DNA of 64,000 bases from Octopus bimaculoides (lineage: Eukaryota), in assembly GCF_001194135.2 (NCBI RefSeq), contig NC_068982.1, positions 150,844,417 through 150,908,416 on the forward strand, written 5' to 3'. Below the pieces are notes generated by a model. It did not search any database, was not told the origin of the DNA, and was given only the letters and a program-made list of their open reading frames with translations. Shown in pieces: positions 54,501 to 62,166 of the stretch (the stretch's first letter is position 1; every line of letters begins with the position of its first letter). The position numbers were made by a program, and so were the translations under genes.

Positions 54501-57500
54501 TGGATGGAGTAGACAAGTAGCTAAATTGGATGAGAAGGGGGCCATAGCTGTAGGGCAAGAATAAGCAAAGAGATGGAATAGTGCATCTGTGGGCTAGCAG
54601 TTGTAGTATATTGGTGGTTAGTGAAAGGAATATTATCTTTTCAGGCCTTCCAAGATTGGGGAAACTGATGCAGTGGTGCTTCAGTTTGAACATGTATCTG
54701 CAGGAAAGATATGGGTGGAGAGAAAATCCTAGAGGGAGGTTGACATTCTGGGGTGGAAGAATAAGGTGTAGTGGTTGAGATGTTGGCAAGGCAGAAAGTG
54801 AGAGAGTATAAATCATGGGAGTGAGAAGGACAGGTGTGTTGGGTGTACATAAATGGATGTGTTATACAACTAGTTAGTTTAAAAGCAGAGCCATTGCATT
54901 GGGTCATCCAATAAATAATGCATTTTTATATACTTCTTTTATTTTTCAAAAAAAAAAAAATGTTTACAACAGTGCTACTAATATTTCACAGGTTAAGTAA
55001 AAAAAAAATCTAATTAACTGAATTTATATATTGACACTATTTGCAAACTTACCTCCATTTCCTTCTTATGTTTCGCTTTCAAGTTCATAATCTTTATACA
55101 GAAAAGAAAAAAATGGAAATAATAAAAATAATAGCAATTATTTCTATAGAATAGTAACTTTTCTTTATTCCATTCTTTATCCTAGACCAGTGATCAAAGT
55201 ATGGTTTGCAGAACCCCTGGTGGTCCACAGAGGTAGTACTGGGGGTCCATGAGCATGTTAAGCTGACAGATCTATCAAAATCCTGGGGTCTGTGGGAAAA
55301 TCCAATTAAACAAAAGGGGTCCTTGGTAGTGAAAAGGTTGGGAACCACTGTCCTAGACCATGGGAAAATACTCAACCAAAGCCATCTTGACACACTTTCT
55401 CTCCTTTTTGTATCACTTCTACTGTATCTTCATATGAACTGATACTAATAATTTTCTCCTGAATCATTTTTCCTTAGAATGCCAACTGTCCCTAAATATG
55501 TTTTTCAAGCAAGCATGGATTTACAGACGTTTAAATTAAACATCAATTGTATCATCACCTTAAGCACTTTTGGAGGCCTTCAAATATTATGAGTAACAGT
55601 CACATGCATAACTAATCCATATCTCTTACCCACCCCTTCCTGAAACTGGAGATAATCACAGACTGGAATGAATCCTGCAGTAGTTGGGACATAGTTAAAT
55701 TGCACTGACATCAGAAGTCCTTACATAGAATTTTGGAAGCTATCAATTATTCATCAAAAGGGACAGAAGAAAAACAGCCTAAAATAAAAGGACAGTAGAG
55801 CAGGTATGTATGTGTGTGTGTGTGTGTGTGTGTATTGATATATATCAGAGACAACTTTCCTGCTAAGTTACTAATTATTCTTCAAGGGTGGCATATAAAA
55901 ATGGAGCCTGGGTTCTGTAGCATAGTGTAAAGACAAAAATAAATTTACACACACAAGAAGCACCCAACCTTTCATTTGTAAGTGTCCTTCTGTCATTTTG
56001 ACTGCCTGTAACTGCTGAACAAAGATGGCACACTAGTTGATGGTTTGCAACATTATCCTCATCATTTAGTGAACAGTTCTAGCTTTTTCTGCAAGATAAC
56101 ATACTCAATTGTGGAAAGAGGGAAGATTGTGGAAGCATATGTGAGAATGGGTTCTTTCAGCAAACACATGAAATTTTTGAAGTCAAGTTTCTGGACAAAG
56201 TCTTGCTGCCAAAGAGAATGATACAAATGTTGGTTAAGAAGTGGCATGCCATGGTGTCAGTGCACATCACCCCAAAACAATGAGACCCTACAGTTTGAAC
56301 GCTGGAAGTTATTCAGGACATTCGCCAAAGGATTACATGAAGTCCTGGTGCCTCACTGTTATGTAAGCAGGACATCATACAACAGGTGTTGAAAAGTCTA
56401 AAGTTAAAGCCGTATCATTTCACTTGTGTATAGCACTTGTAAATTTATTTCGCCAGGGATGTAGCCAGCCCACTTATGCGTTCCTTTCCTTCATTGGACA
56501 CTAAACTCCGCTTGCGAAGACCTGTTGAGGCAAGTGAAATCGAAATCGAACTAAATTCGACGACTGGCACTTCATTGGATATGAAACTCGGCTTGCGAAG
56601 ACCTGTTGGGGCAAGCGAAAGCGAAATCGTGATGGCACCTGTGCCCAGCATCACCTTTCTGGCATGTGTAAGGACTTTCGAGTGAGATTGTTGCCAGTGC
56701 TGCTAGACTGGCTCTTGTGCAGGTGGCACGTAAAATACACCATTTTGAGTGTGGCCGTTGCTAGTACCGCCTGACTGGCCTTCGTGCCGGTGGCACGTAA
56801 AAGCACCCACTACACTCTCGGAGTGGTTGGCGATAGGAAGAGCATCCAGCTGTAGAAACTCTGCCAAATCAGATTGGAGCCTGGTGTAGCCTCAGTCAAA
56901 TCGTCCAACCCATGCTAGCATGGAAAGCGGACATTAAATGATAATGATGATGACTATGGAACCCAAACTACATTTTTGTGCATAAAAAAAGGGCCCTGTG
57001 AAAAACAAAACAAAACAAGACAAAACAAGGGAAAAAATCTTTCTTTTAAATTGCACTTTACTATCATAGATAGGAGAAAGATACTAGATAATGTAGTTCA
57101 AGACGTAATTTAGAATAGTACATGAAGTCACTTTGATAATAGGTCTACAGGGTCAGATATGAGATGAAGGCTAAACAACAATTAGATATATACTTGACAA
57201 GGGATCGTTAAACTATCCTTAAATCACATTGTACTGTTTTAAAAAGAGGAATGTTATAGGAGATGACGTAGCACCAGATTAATTCTGTATAAATAAAAAA
57301 AAAAGACAGGACAGTCATGGCTGGAACACATTTTAGAGCTATTTGTCTGACACGGGACTACACAATAACAATTAAAGAAAAACAATTTTAATTTAAAACA
57401 ACTCTCATTCTCTATTTAGATAAGGGTAGAACAATTTTATAAATTTATTTATTTACATTAATTGCAGAAGAATATATTATTCTAATAATGATGACGACGA

Positions 57501-60500
57501 TCATGATCATCACCAACATCACAACTCTCATTTAGCTATCTATTTTACTGTTATCTATTCAACTCCTGTAACACATCTTTAAAAGTATTTCCAATGGATG
57601 TTAATGGCTGTTTTAACAATAAGTCTTCTGTTAATTTATGCAAGAGAGAAAATTCTGCAAGTTGTAATCTTCTCCAAATATCAACCTTGTTATTATCTCC
57701 CTTTAACTGTTTACATCTACTCCACATTGACTTGCGTAGTTGAACTCCATTGCTTCCCCGCCCCCACCAAATAAACCAAGGTGAATGAAAGAACTCACTC
57801 AAGTGACATCATAGAGTTGGGGCTATGGTATAAAATCACATGGAAGACTAAGTAGAGGATAGTTGTGAAAGAAAGAGTGCCAGAATAATTTAATGTTTCT
57901 GTATATTTTCAATGAATGAATGTTTTAGCAAATTATAAATTTAGTTTCAAACAGTTCTAATTTCTAATATCATCAAACTCAACTTACATTCGCATTACTC
58001 TTGTACAATAATACACAAGTTTAATTTAACCAAAGAGATTTGTTTTCTTTTACTGGAAATATCAAAAAGTAGAAAGAGCTAACTAGAGATTGGAATTATT
58101 AGGATATGATTCCAGTATTAATTATGAACCAGTGTAAAAGTAATCATAATTAAAAAATTATAGGAAAGTGAATATCTGCCACCACCACCACCGCTACCAC
58201 CACTATCACTACCATTACGATTTTTACATCTGCTTTTTCCCTGCTTATTTTTCCAACTGATACTTGTTAACCCTTTAAGGTAGGGTGTGGCTTATTGACA
58301 TAACATGCTTATGCTTTCTTCCACAGAGGACAGATGTGGATTATTGATACACTGCTAAATTGTGAAGAAGACAGGTGTAAATAAGTCACATTTGCATTAT
58401 AAGATATTTGATTGACTATCATCTTGTATTTTCCCCCTTTTTTTGTGTCCTGCACGAAATAACTGGTTATTCATACCCGGCCTTAAAGGATTAAGGCCTT
58501 TCATATTGCCAGCTCCATGTTTCAGAATAAGGTATTTATTCCCTTGTTTTTTTTGTAAGTTGAACATGTTTAATATAGAAAATGCAAACAGTGACACTGC
58601 TTCTTAAGTGGTAATGTTTCACACTAATCATGGAAATAATGTCAAAGCAAAAATGGGAAGAGATACCTGCCTATATATACCTCCCTCTCTCTCTCAGTAT
58701 GTGTGTGTGTGAGTGTGTGCAGGCATGGCTGTGTGGTAAAAAGTTTGCCTTCCAGCCACATGGTTCAAGGTTCAGTCCATGGACAAGATGAAAATGGGAA
58801 ATGGCACCTTGGGCAAGTGTCTTATACTATAACCCTGAGTTGACCAAAGCCCTGTCAGTGAATTTGGTAGATGGAAACTAAAAGAAGTCCATCAATTACA
58901 CATATAAGTATGTGTGTGTGTTACTGTCGCCTTGCTTTGACATCATGTGATAGTTGTAAACGAGTGTCACCATCATACAAGGTGTCCTTCATTGCCAATA
59001 TTCTGTGAAAGCATGTCTGGGAAATATTACCTTACTTGGAAACAGGTGAGGGCTGTTTACAAATTCTGTCCAACCTATGTAAGCATGCAAAAGTGAACAT
59101 TAAAACAATGATGATAATGATATAGCCTTGTAAGTGGTTTGGTAGACAGAGACACCTATCTCTGTCCTTCTCTTATACTTCAACCTCTCAGCCAACAGAA
59201 AGCTACCTCCCTTACTACCACTCCTACTCCCAGCTGAGGGGTCTTTGTTTTGCAAGTTACTTGGTGACCCTGCTGGTGCTGGCGTCATGTAAAAAGCTCC
59301 AGTACTAGTGTCATGTAGAAAGCATCAGGACTGGTGCCACAAAAAAGAAAAAAGGCACCCAGCACACTCTGTAAAGTAGTTGGCATTAAGGAGGGCATCC
59401 AGTTGTAGAAACCATGCCAAAGGGGATCATAAAAAACAAAACCTGCTCAAAGTGCCATACAGTGGACTGAACCTAAAACCAAGTGTTTGGGGAGTGAATT
59501 TCTTAAGCAAACAGCCACACACATACACATACAGTAATGCCGCAATATACAAATTAATTTGTTCTTGGAGACTGCTTGTAAAGCGAAAACTTGTAAAGAA
59601 GAGAAATAATTTCCCATAGTAGCAATGTTATAAATCGTAATTTGTTCCAAGAAACGTATTTTACCTATAAAATTTATAATATATGTAAATAAATGGCAAT
59701 AAAACAACAGTAGAATGTAAAGAATGTTTTATGTAAAGTAAAAAAAAGTGAAGATCATTTATAATAAAAAATATAATCGTTTTCTGAATCACTTTGACTC
59801 ACACTAGACTCCCGCACACCATCACTTGTAGATGAGATTGCCAGTTATCAAGCACTCGTAGACGGACTTGCAGATTTCTTTTTAAAAAACAAGTTAGAGC
59901 TCCTTACTTAGAAGATGTTTTTTGCTCTCAATAGATTTCTCAGTGACACGCAGAAGCATTTGTTATGATAGTAGAAACTTTTGCACTTTGTTCAAAATCT
60001 GGAGTTTGTGCTTCAAAAACCTCAGCTCACCATACAAAAGTGAGCTTAAAAATAAAACTCATAAATGTGGGGTCTCATAAAGCAGGTCCTTGTAAAGTGA
60101 GGTATTATTGTTTTTATATATATATATATATATATATATAGTGAGTTCAAAAAAGAAAAATGACAAAAAAACAACAAAAAATAACAACGCGAGGACGTGA
60201 TACAGATATTGTGTTACTGGACGCTCAGGAAAGGAAAGAAAGAGAATTTGACGTTTTGAGCGGAGCTCTTCATTGGAAATATAGGAAAGTCCAAAGAAGG
60301 GAAGATGGAGGAAGAAATATATATATATATATATATAGTAGTAGTAGAAAAAAACACAGAGTGCTCCATTTCTCATCTGGCTGCAATCTTCAGCTGAGCG
60401 CTGTGCTTTGACAAGATTTCAGCCCATCAAGCTCAGTATCTCTCCACATGGTAGGTTCGCAACAGCTGGACGTATTGTGTTGCAACTGGACTCATGACAG

Positions 60501-62166
60501 TTCTGTGGCCTTATCTGCATTCATAAATCTCCTGGTGATCTAAGCACTACCCTCAACTGCTTTCTCCCCACATTCCTTGATGGTTTTCTTCACAGCAGAC
60601 ACACCAGCCACCTTCAGAAACCTGAGAGAAGCTGCTGGGAAACTTCTGCAGCCGATCTTGAACGCAACCAGCTCACAGATGTAACCCTTCTCCCGAATCT
60701 CAGCTACTAGCTCTTCATAGCCCAACAGCTGCTCCTGGGCCTCAGCAATGCTCTCCTCCCATGGCACAGTAAGCTCCCCAAAGACCACACGTCTTTGACT
60801 CTCATCCACCAAAACCAGGTCGGGTCGGAGTCTGACACGACGATGTTTTCAAGCAATGGCTTGTCTATGAACACCTCCCATTTTCTGTCTTTGGCCTGCC
60901 GAGGTTTCTGTCTCTTTGGCCTCACACCTTGCTTCACAAATGCTGTCTTGTGCAAGCTCAGTTCAGGCACTTGACCCTCTCTTGCAGCTGAAGCAACAAC
61001 ATTTAGCACTAAATTATGTCTAAATGTAAACCATCCAGACTGGAGTGCTTTTGGGCAAGGTGACAGCATGTGTTTGAGGCTGCTAACACTTCCCACACAA
61101 GTGGCATTGTGGACTCTCTTGGATACCCCATTTTTTGAGATTTGCTGAAGATGGATGCACATCATATGCAATCTGGATCAGAGCTTTCAAATGCCCTGCA
61201 CTCAACCGCCACCAACCAGACCACCTCCACTCCAGCTTTTCGACATCATCCCAATTCAGCCATCAACCCTGCTGTGTGACACAGACATCTTTCATCTTCC
61301 AGCTGCCTTACTTGTTGTATCTAACCCATGGCAGCATGGAAAGCAGACGTTTGCTAGCACTATCTCTCTATTAGTTTTCTGACTTAACCCATCAGTCTGA
61401 TGTCTCTAGAATCACATCTTTCTAAGGCATTTATTTTGACATCGAGCAGCCTACAATGTAACAAAGTGGAGTGTGTGTGTGTGTAGGAGAATAATGATGA
61501 GTAAAACAGAAAACAATAACCATCATATATAAAGGTAGGTGGATGTTTCCCCTTCTCATCACTCATCAGCTGAAGCCCACCATTCTCCCACTCTATCTTT
61601 TAAGACATCAAACTTCTGGAATTTCATCCTCACCAATACCTTACCTGTAAACACCATATAGTCCTGATTAAACCATTAAAAATTAATCCTAATGCTGTTT
61701 AGTATTATTAAAAATCAGTTCAATAAAGAGTTGAAGCAGAATAATTTTAGTATGCAAGCAGAGCAATATTCTCCATTTACCATATTTCTGTTCAAATACA
61801 TTGTCTTTGTTTTAATATATTTGCAAAATAATTTAGTAAAATAACTTTGTCCTTATTAAGCTGGTGTTTGAAACATAAATTAGCATGGAATTTTCATGGA
61901 AGGCTTTAATTATATAAGTTTGTAACATAGAATCAAGGGCAGTCTCAGCTTGGTTAGTATCAAAATGGTTAAATCTGTAATAATTCTAAAAACCATTTCT
62001 TTACCTCTTTAGTTAATTCTTCAATCCTGACTTTGTCATTTTCTTTAAGTGAGACACCAGATTCGACTTCAATCTTTAAATTCAAAGTTTCTTCTTCAAG
62101 TTGTTTAAATTTTGATCTCAGTCGACATAATTCTTTAGCACATTGCGTATAGTTTGTCTGTGAGTC
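4310..62166 (-). CDS. CCDC171: CCDC171-like coiled-coil protein gene, 3' portion (14 coding exons, 2369 nt; 5' exons outside window, last exon unresolved)
   Basis: 14 exons with GT-AG boundaries join in one stop-free frame with matching phases. Peptides align in order with recalled human CCDC171: [12 protein letters not shown]~LTFLHTLYQHLV, FSWFDL~[20 protein letters not shown]~[25 protein letters not shown]~[25 protein letters not shown]~[22 protein letters not shown]~GPEVVACQ. Needs BLAST confirmation. Confidence 0.85.
5444..7230 (-). mobile_element. 5'-truncated RTE-clade LINE: RT ORF 3' half, 3'UTR and (GAT)n tail, interrupted by an 840-N gap
   Basis: NYRGIKLL...[15 protein letters not shown]...[13 protein letters not shown] and C-terminal [11 protein letters not shown]...[10 protein letters not shown]. 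Stop near 5824 is followed by a tandem-module 3'UTR and the tail. No stops in the sequenced parts. Confidence 0.93.
6089..6928. other. Assembly gap (840 N) inside the RTE LINE
   Basis: Run of N. Confidence 1.
7450..7596 (-). CDS. CCDC171: CCDC171-like exon (147 nt, 0-0): [49 protein letters not shown]
   Basis: Acceptor ttctattaaag|AAT, donor ATG|gtaagt. Resembles human [38 protein letters not shown]. The ORF track fuses it artificially to the RTE ORF. Confidence 0.88.
7800..8392 (+). mobile_element. Older RTE LINE 3' end
   Basis: Translates with stops to [12 protein letters not shown]...[17 protein letters not shown]...QAK*, then the AGGAAGGGCATCCAGC...CCATGCCAGCATGGAAA tail. Confidence 0.85.
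8430..8728. mobile_element. Putative MITE (hAT-like), 299 bp
   Basis: Imperfect 11-bp TIR CAGTAGCAGAC / GTCTGCCACTG in TA-rich flanks. Internal 20-bp tandem duplication at 8604-8643. TSD not resolvable. Confidence 0.55.
9068..9455 (+). mobile_element. tRNA-derived SINE
   Basis: Same head and core, internal (TG)n, and AGGAAGGACATCCAACC tail. Confidence 0.75.
9546..9668 (-). CDS. CCDC171: CCDC171-like exon (123 nt, 0-0): [41 protein letters not shown]
   Basis: Acceptor tttcttcag|GTG, donor CAA|gtaagt. Resembles human VRDQISLS...GPEVVACQ. Confidence 0.88.
9926..10107 (+). mobile_element. Young RTE-type 3' tail (truncated LINE or SINE) ending in (GAC)n
   Basis: About 97% identical to the reverse complement of 5455-5622. 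Confidence 0.9.
10827..12106 (-). mobile_element. Full-length-size decayed mariner, 1280 bp
   Basis: TIRs CAAGGGTTGGTTGAAAAGTTCATAGGCTGAC / GTCAGCCTATGAACTTTTCAGCCCACCCTTA with TA flanks. Frameshifted transposase with [21 protein letters not shown] and [10 protein letters not shown] motifs. Confidence 0.92.
15400..16165 (+). mobile_element. Probable Penelope-like pseudo-LTR remnant, pyrimidine-rich, carrying a hammerhead-like motif
   Basis: Long C/T-rich tract ending in CTGATAA-stem-GAAACAACTGTA, followed by (TA)n. No coding evidence. Confidence 0.4.
16059..16103 (+). ncRNA. Decayed minimal type I hammerhead-ribozyme-like motif
   Basis: TCT-CTGATAA-GAGATAT(cccta)ATATCTC-A-GAAAC-AACT-G-TA-AGA. 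Deviations from consensus are G8>A, one extra A and a non-palindromic loop. Confidence 0.45.
16203..16650 (-). mobile_element. Mariner remnant, internally deleted
   Basis: [27 protein letters not shown]...[10 protein letters not shown] is joined directly to C-terminal-like sequence. Confidence 0.8.
17845..18300 (+). mobile_element. tRNA-derived SINE
   Basis: Same head and core, internal (CATA)n/(TG)n, and GACTGAAACAAGTAAAAGA tail variant. Confidence 0.75.
18861..19245 (-). mobile_element. Young RTE-type 3'UTR fragment with tandem modules, lacking the terminal (GAT)n
   Basis: Near-identical core to 5490-5630, a different module order, and an internal A-rich insert at about 19071-19090. Confidence 0.85.
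19302..20661. mobile_element. Non-autonomous pogo/Tc1-like DNA transposon, 1360 bp
   Basis: 27-bp TIRs (CCATAAAAACTCATGTAATTTACGCAC vs CTGTAAAAAGCCATGTAATTTGCGCAC, 22/27), TA flanks, repeated subterminal GCGTAAATTACA motifs. No convincing ORF. Confidence 0.75.
21295..21845 (-). mobile_element. Older RTE LINE 3' end
   Basis: Reverse strand encodes [24 protein letters not shown]-like sequence, followed by a modular 3'UTR and (GAT)n tail. Confidence 0.8.
21906..21960 (-). CDS. CCDC171: CCDC171-like exon (55 nt, 2-0): [18 protein letters not shown]
   Basis: Acceptor ccttgttttag|A, donor AAG|gtatgt. Phase matches both neighbours; resembles human DKECVANHMRAVENTLHK. Confidence 0.85.
22345..22740 (+). 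mobile_element. Decayed RTE RT C-terminal fragment
   Basis: [25 protein letters not shown]-like translation. Confidence 0.65.
23225..24475 (+). mobile_element. Decayed RTE LINE endonuclease (APE) region
   Basis: [14 protein letters not shown]...[17 protein letters not shown]...ISAYAPQ...[13 protein letters not shown]...QTDYFL across frameshifts. Confidence 0.88.
25936..26155. mobile_element. piggyBac-type MITE, 220 bp
   Basis: TTAA|CCCTT...AAGGG|TTAA termini. A related decayed copy lies at about 61770-61970. Confidence 0.65.
26840..26888. repeat. (CA)n microsatellite
   Basis: About 24 perfect units. Confidence 0.98.
27060..27310 (-). mobile_element. tRNA-derived SINE, second family
   Basis: Head GGTGCATGGCCTTGTGTTAAG...GGGTTCAATTCCCAGGC has A and B boxes but does not complete a cloverleaf. 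Confidence 0.6.
27473..27900 (-). mobile_element. tRNA-derived SINE
   Basis: Same family as 3486-3878. Confidence 0.72.
28221..28366 (-). CDS. CCDC171: CCDC171-like exon (146 nt, 0-2): [16 protein letters not shown]...[15 protein letters not shown]
   Basis: Acceptor gtatttttag|ACT, donor CA|gtaagt. Not in the ORF track. Confidence 0.88.
28470..29010 (-). mobile_element. Possible hAT (Charlie-like) transposase remnant
   Basis: Frameshifted fragments FNESSDV (~LDESTDV), CYID...EEIHF and EMLCSQK (~HREMLAS). Heavily decayed. Confidence 0.4.
29951..30142 (-). CDS. CCDC171: CCDC171-like exon (192 nt, 0-0): [26 protein letters not shown]...LSEVTE
   Basis: Acceptor gtgtttag|CAA, donor GAA|gtatgt. 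Resembles human [27 protein letters not shown]. Confidence 0.88.
30535..31150. mobile_element. Partial, inverted second copy of the 19302-20661 element
   Basis: Reverse complement aligns by eye to about 20017-20661 and starts with TA+CCATAAAAACCCATGTAATTTGTGCAC. Confidence 0.85.
32763..32945 (-). CDS. CCDC171: CCDC171-like exon (183 nt, 0-0): [13 protein letters not shown]...KQLHER
   Basis: Acceptor tttctttcaag|GAT. Donor AGG|gtactc is weak but is the GT that gives the required phase. Confidence 0.78.
33040..34215 (+). mobile_element. RTE LINE 3' ~1.2 kb, decayed
   Basis: [22 protein letters not shown]...LREKLGIR...[17 protein letters not shown], then 3'UTR and (GAT)n. Confidence 0.9.
35657..35874 (-). 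CDS. CCDC171: CCDC171-like exon (218 nt, 1-0): [15 protein letters not shown]...[12 protein letters not shown]...LLYQK
   Basis: Acceptor ttctattccag|TA, donor AAA|gtaagt. Lies within ORF 35645..35890. Confidence 0.88.
38017..38280. other. Assembly gap (264 N)
   Basis: Run of N. A further 10-N gap lies at 39261-39270. Confidence 1.
38971..39108 (-). CDS. CCDC171: CCDC171-like exon (138 nt, 1-1): [46 protein letters not shown]
   Basis: Acceptor ttattttgaaag|AT, donor GAT G|gtaaca. Resembles human [25 protein letters not shown]. Confidence 0.82.
41838..42357 (-). CDS. CCDC171: CCDC171-like exon (520 nt, 0-1): [14 protein letters not shown]...ILAANRL...DSFS
   Basis: Acceptor atttatctag|GAT, donor TCA G|gtaaag. 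Contains the AANRL motif; overlaps ORF 41764..42321. Confidence 0.9.
43448..43912. repeat. Compound microsatellite cluster: (GATA)n, (GACA/GGCA)n, (CATA)n, (CA)n and a 20-bp unit x3
   Basis: Read directly from the sequence. Confidence 0.95.
44000..44188 (-). CDS. CCDC171: CCDC171-like exon (189 nt, 0-0): [11 protein letters not shown]...NNQIK
   Basis: Acceptor gtttttaaag|GTG, donor AAG|gtatgt. Lies within ORF 43955..44218. Confidence 0.88.
44474..45144 (+). mobile_element. Helentron-associated (HINE/DINE-1-like) non-autonomous element
   Basis: 5' AACAAGAACACTC...AAACCTCTGCC, a 3' block (TTTCATCCAAATCCATCCAGCAGTTTTTGAG), (AAAC)n, and terminal ACCTCC...GGCGGAG complementary to the 5' subterminal motif. 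Confidence 0.6.
45145..45365 (+). mobile_element. R4/Dong-clade non-LTR retrotransposon 3' end
   Basis: [19 protein letters not shown] (~LQKACLLGTARILRKVL) with a TAA-like tail. Confidence 0.75.
45448..45517. repeat. (TAC)n microsatellite
   Basis: About 23 perfect units. Explains the poly-Thr ORF at 45386. Confidence 0.98.
45520..46015 (+). mobile_element. R4/Dong-clade RT C-terminal fragment
   Basis: [30 protein letters not shown], followed by FITEAQD-like sequence. Confidence 0.8.
46090..46430. repeat. Degenerate CA/TA-rich low-complexity tract
   Basis: Read directly. Source of spurious C/V/Y/M-rich ORFs. Confidence 0.9.
48040..48350 (+). mobile_element. Decayed RTE internal fragment
   Basis: Similar to 24150-24470 ([14 protein letters not shown]...). 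Confidence 0.6.
48610..48824. mobile_element. Mariner-type MITE, 215 bp
   Basis: TIRs TGAAGGGATGCTGAAAAGTTCCTGGCTTT / AAAGCCAGGAACTTTTCAACACCCCTCG with TA flanks, related to the TIR of 10827-12106. Confidence 0.8.
48955..49246 (+). mobile_element. Young RTE-type 3'UTR/tail
   Basis: Two GCCAGT-N8-ACTGGC modules, the conserved core and (GAT)n. Abuts the mariner TIR. Confidence 0.88.
49251..50408 (+). mobile_element. Decayed mariner (Hsmar1/cecropia-like), 1158 bp
   Basis: TIR TTAGGTTGGCCAAAAAGT / ACTTTTTGGCCAATATTA with TA flanks. Motifs VPHQLNE, TGDEKW, HDNAKP and [15 protein letters not shown]. Confidence 0.92.
50555..51045 (-). mobile_element. tRNA-derived SINE
   Basis: Same family, with an internal (GA)n/(TG)n expansion. 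Confidence 0.72.
53667..53834 (-). CDS. CCDC171: CCDC171-like exon (168 nt, 0-0): [14 protein letters not shown]...SIQKANHK
   Basis: Acceptor ttttcaag|GAA, donor AAA|gtaagt. Lies within ORF 53610..53921. Confidence 0.88.
54470..54830 (-). mobile_element. Possible CR1/L2-group LINE C-terminal remnant
   Basis: [16 protein letters not shown] resembles the LQSLxHRRxVxSLxLFY motif. Confidence 0.35.
55053..55091 (-). CDS. CCDC171: CCDC171-like small exon (39 nt, phase 0-0): [13 protein letters not shown]
   Basis: Acceptor ttttctgtataaag|ATT, donor GAG|gtaagt. Fills the segment corresponding to human LQKLSQAFHKDAEE. Confidence 0.75.
55188..55350. mobile_element. hAT (Charlie-type) MITE, 163 bp
   Basis: CAGTG...AAAAGGTTGGGAACCACTG termini with a perfect 8-bp TSD TCCTAGAC (55180-55187 and 55351-55358). 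Confidence 0.9.
56445..56952 (+). mobile_element. RTE-type 3'UTR/tail, longer variant
   Basis: Extra duplicated ~50-bp unit (ATTGGACACTAAACTCCGCTTGCGAAGACCTGTTG), hairpin modules, core with an 18-nt deletion, and a GAT-type tail. Confidence 0.85.
58718..59118 (+). mobile_element. tRNA-derived SINE
   Basis: GCAGGCATGGCTGTGTGGT head, shared core and GAT-type tail. Confidence 0.75.
59532..60050 (-). mobile_element. Possible Tigger/pogo remnant
   Basis: TA+CAGTAATGCCGCAATATAC is a Tigger-like terminus. The interior is not convincingly translatable. Confidence 0.4.
60246..60280 (-). ncRNA. Decayed minimal hammerhead-like motif in a (TA)n-flanked Penelope-like fragment
   Basis: Minus strand reads ATTT-CCAATGAA-GAGC(tcc)GCTC-AAAAC-GTC-AAAT. 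Two CpG>CpA reversions restore CCGATGAA...GCTCGAAACGTC. Confidence 0.45.
60355..61190 (-). mobile_element. RLE-type non-LTR retrotransposon 3' end (HERO/NeSL-like)
   Basis: CCHC knuckle ([19 protein letters not shown]...FRHNLVL), [11 protein letters not shown] and KIGCRSF motifs, few frameshifts, short 3'UTR. Confidence 0.85.
62005..62166 (-). CDS. CCDC171: CCDC171-like exon (162 nt, phase 0-0): [54 protein letters not shown]
   Basis: Acceptor ttttcaag|GAC, donor GAG|gtaaag, open heptad-rich frame. Not in the ORF track. Confidence 0.8.

Noticed and set aside
57551-57802. 83-aa minus-strand ORF as an extra exon
   Set aside because: No suitable splice pair, no similarity to the expected segment, and the flanking exons already join in phase.
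26890-61570. Other CTGANGA words (near 14087, 23605, 24091, 26925, 30233, 47437, 61563, 63278) as hammerheads
   Set aside because: None has a G-C-closed stem II followed by GAAA with compatible stems I and III.
32505-61647. AG|GTRAG recursive-splice-like sites at about 32509, 51825 and 61645 (minus strand)
   Set aside because: Pyrimidine tracts are weak, the introns are only 3-10 kb, and a few such words are expected by chance in 60 kb.
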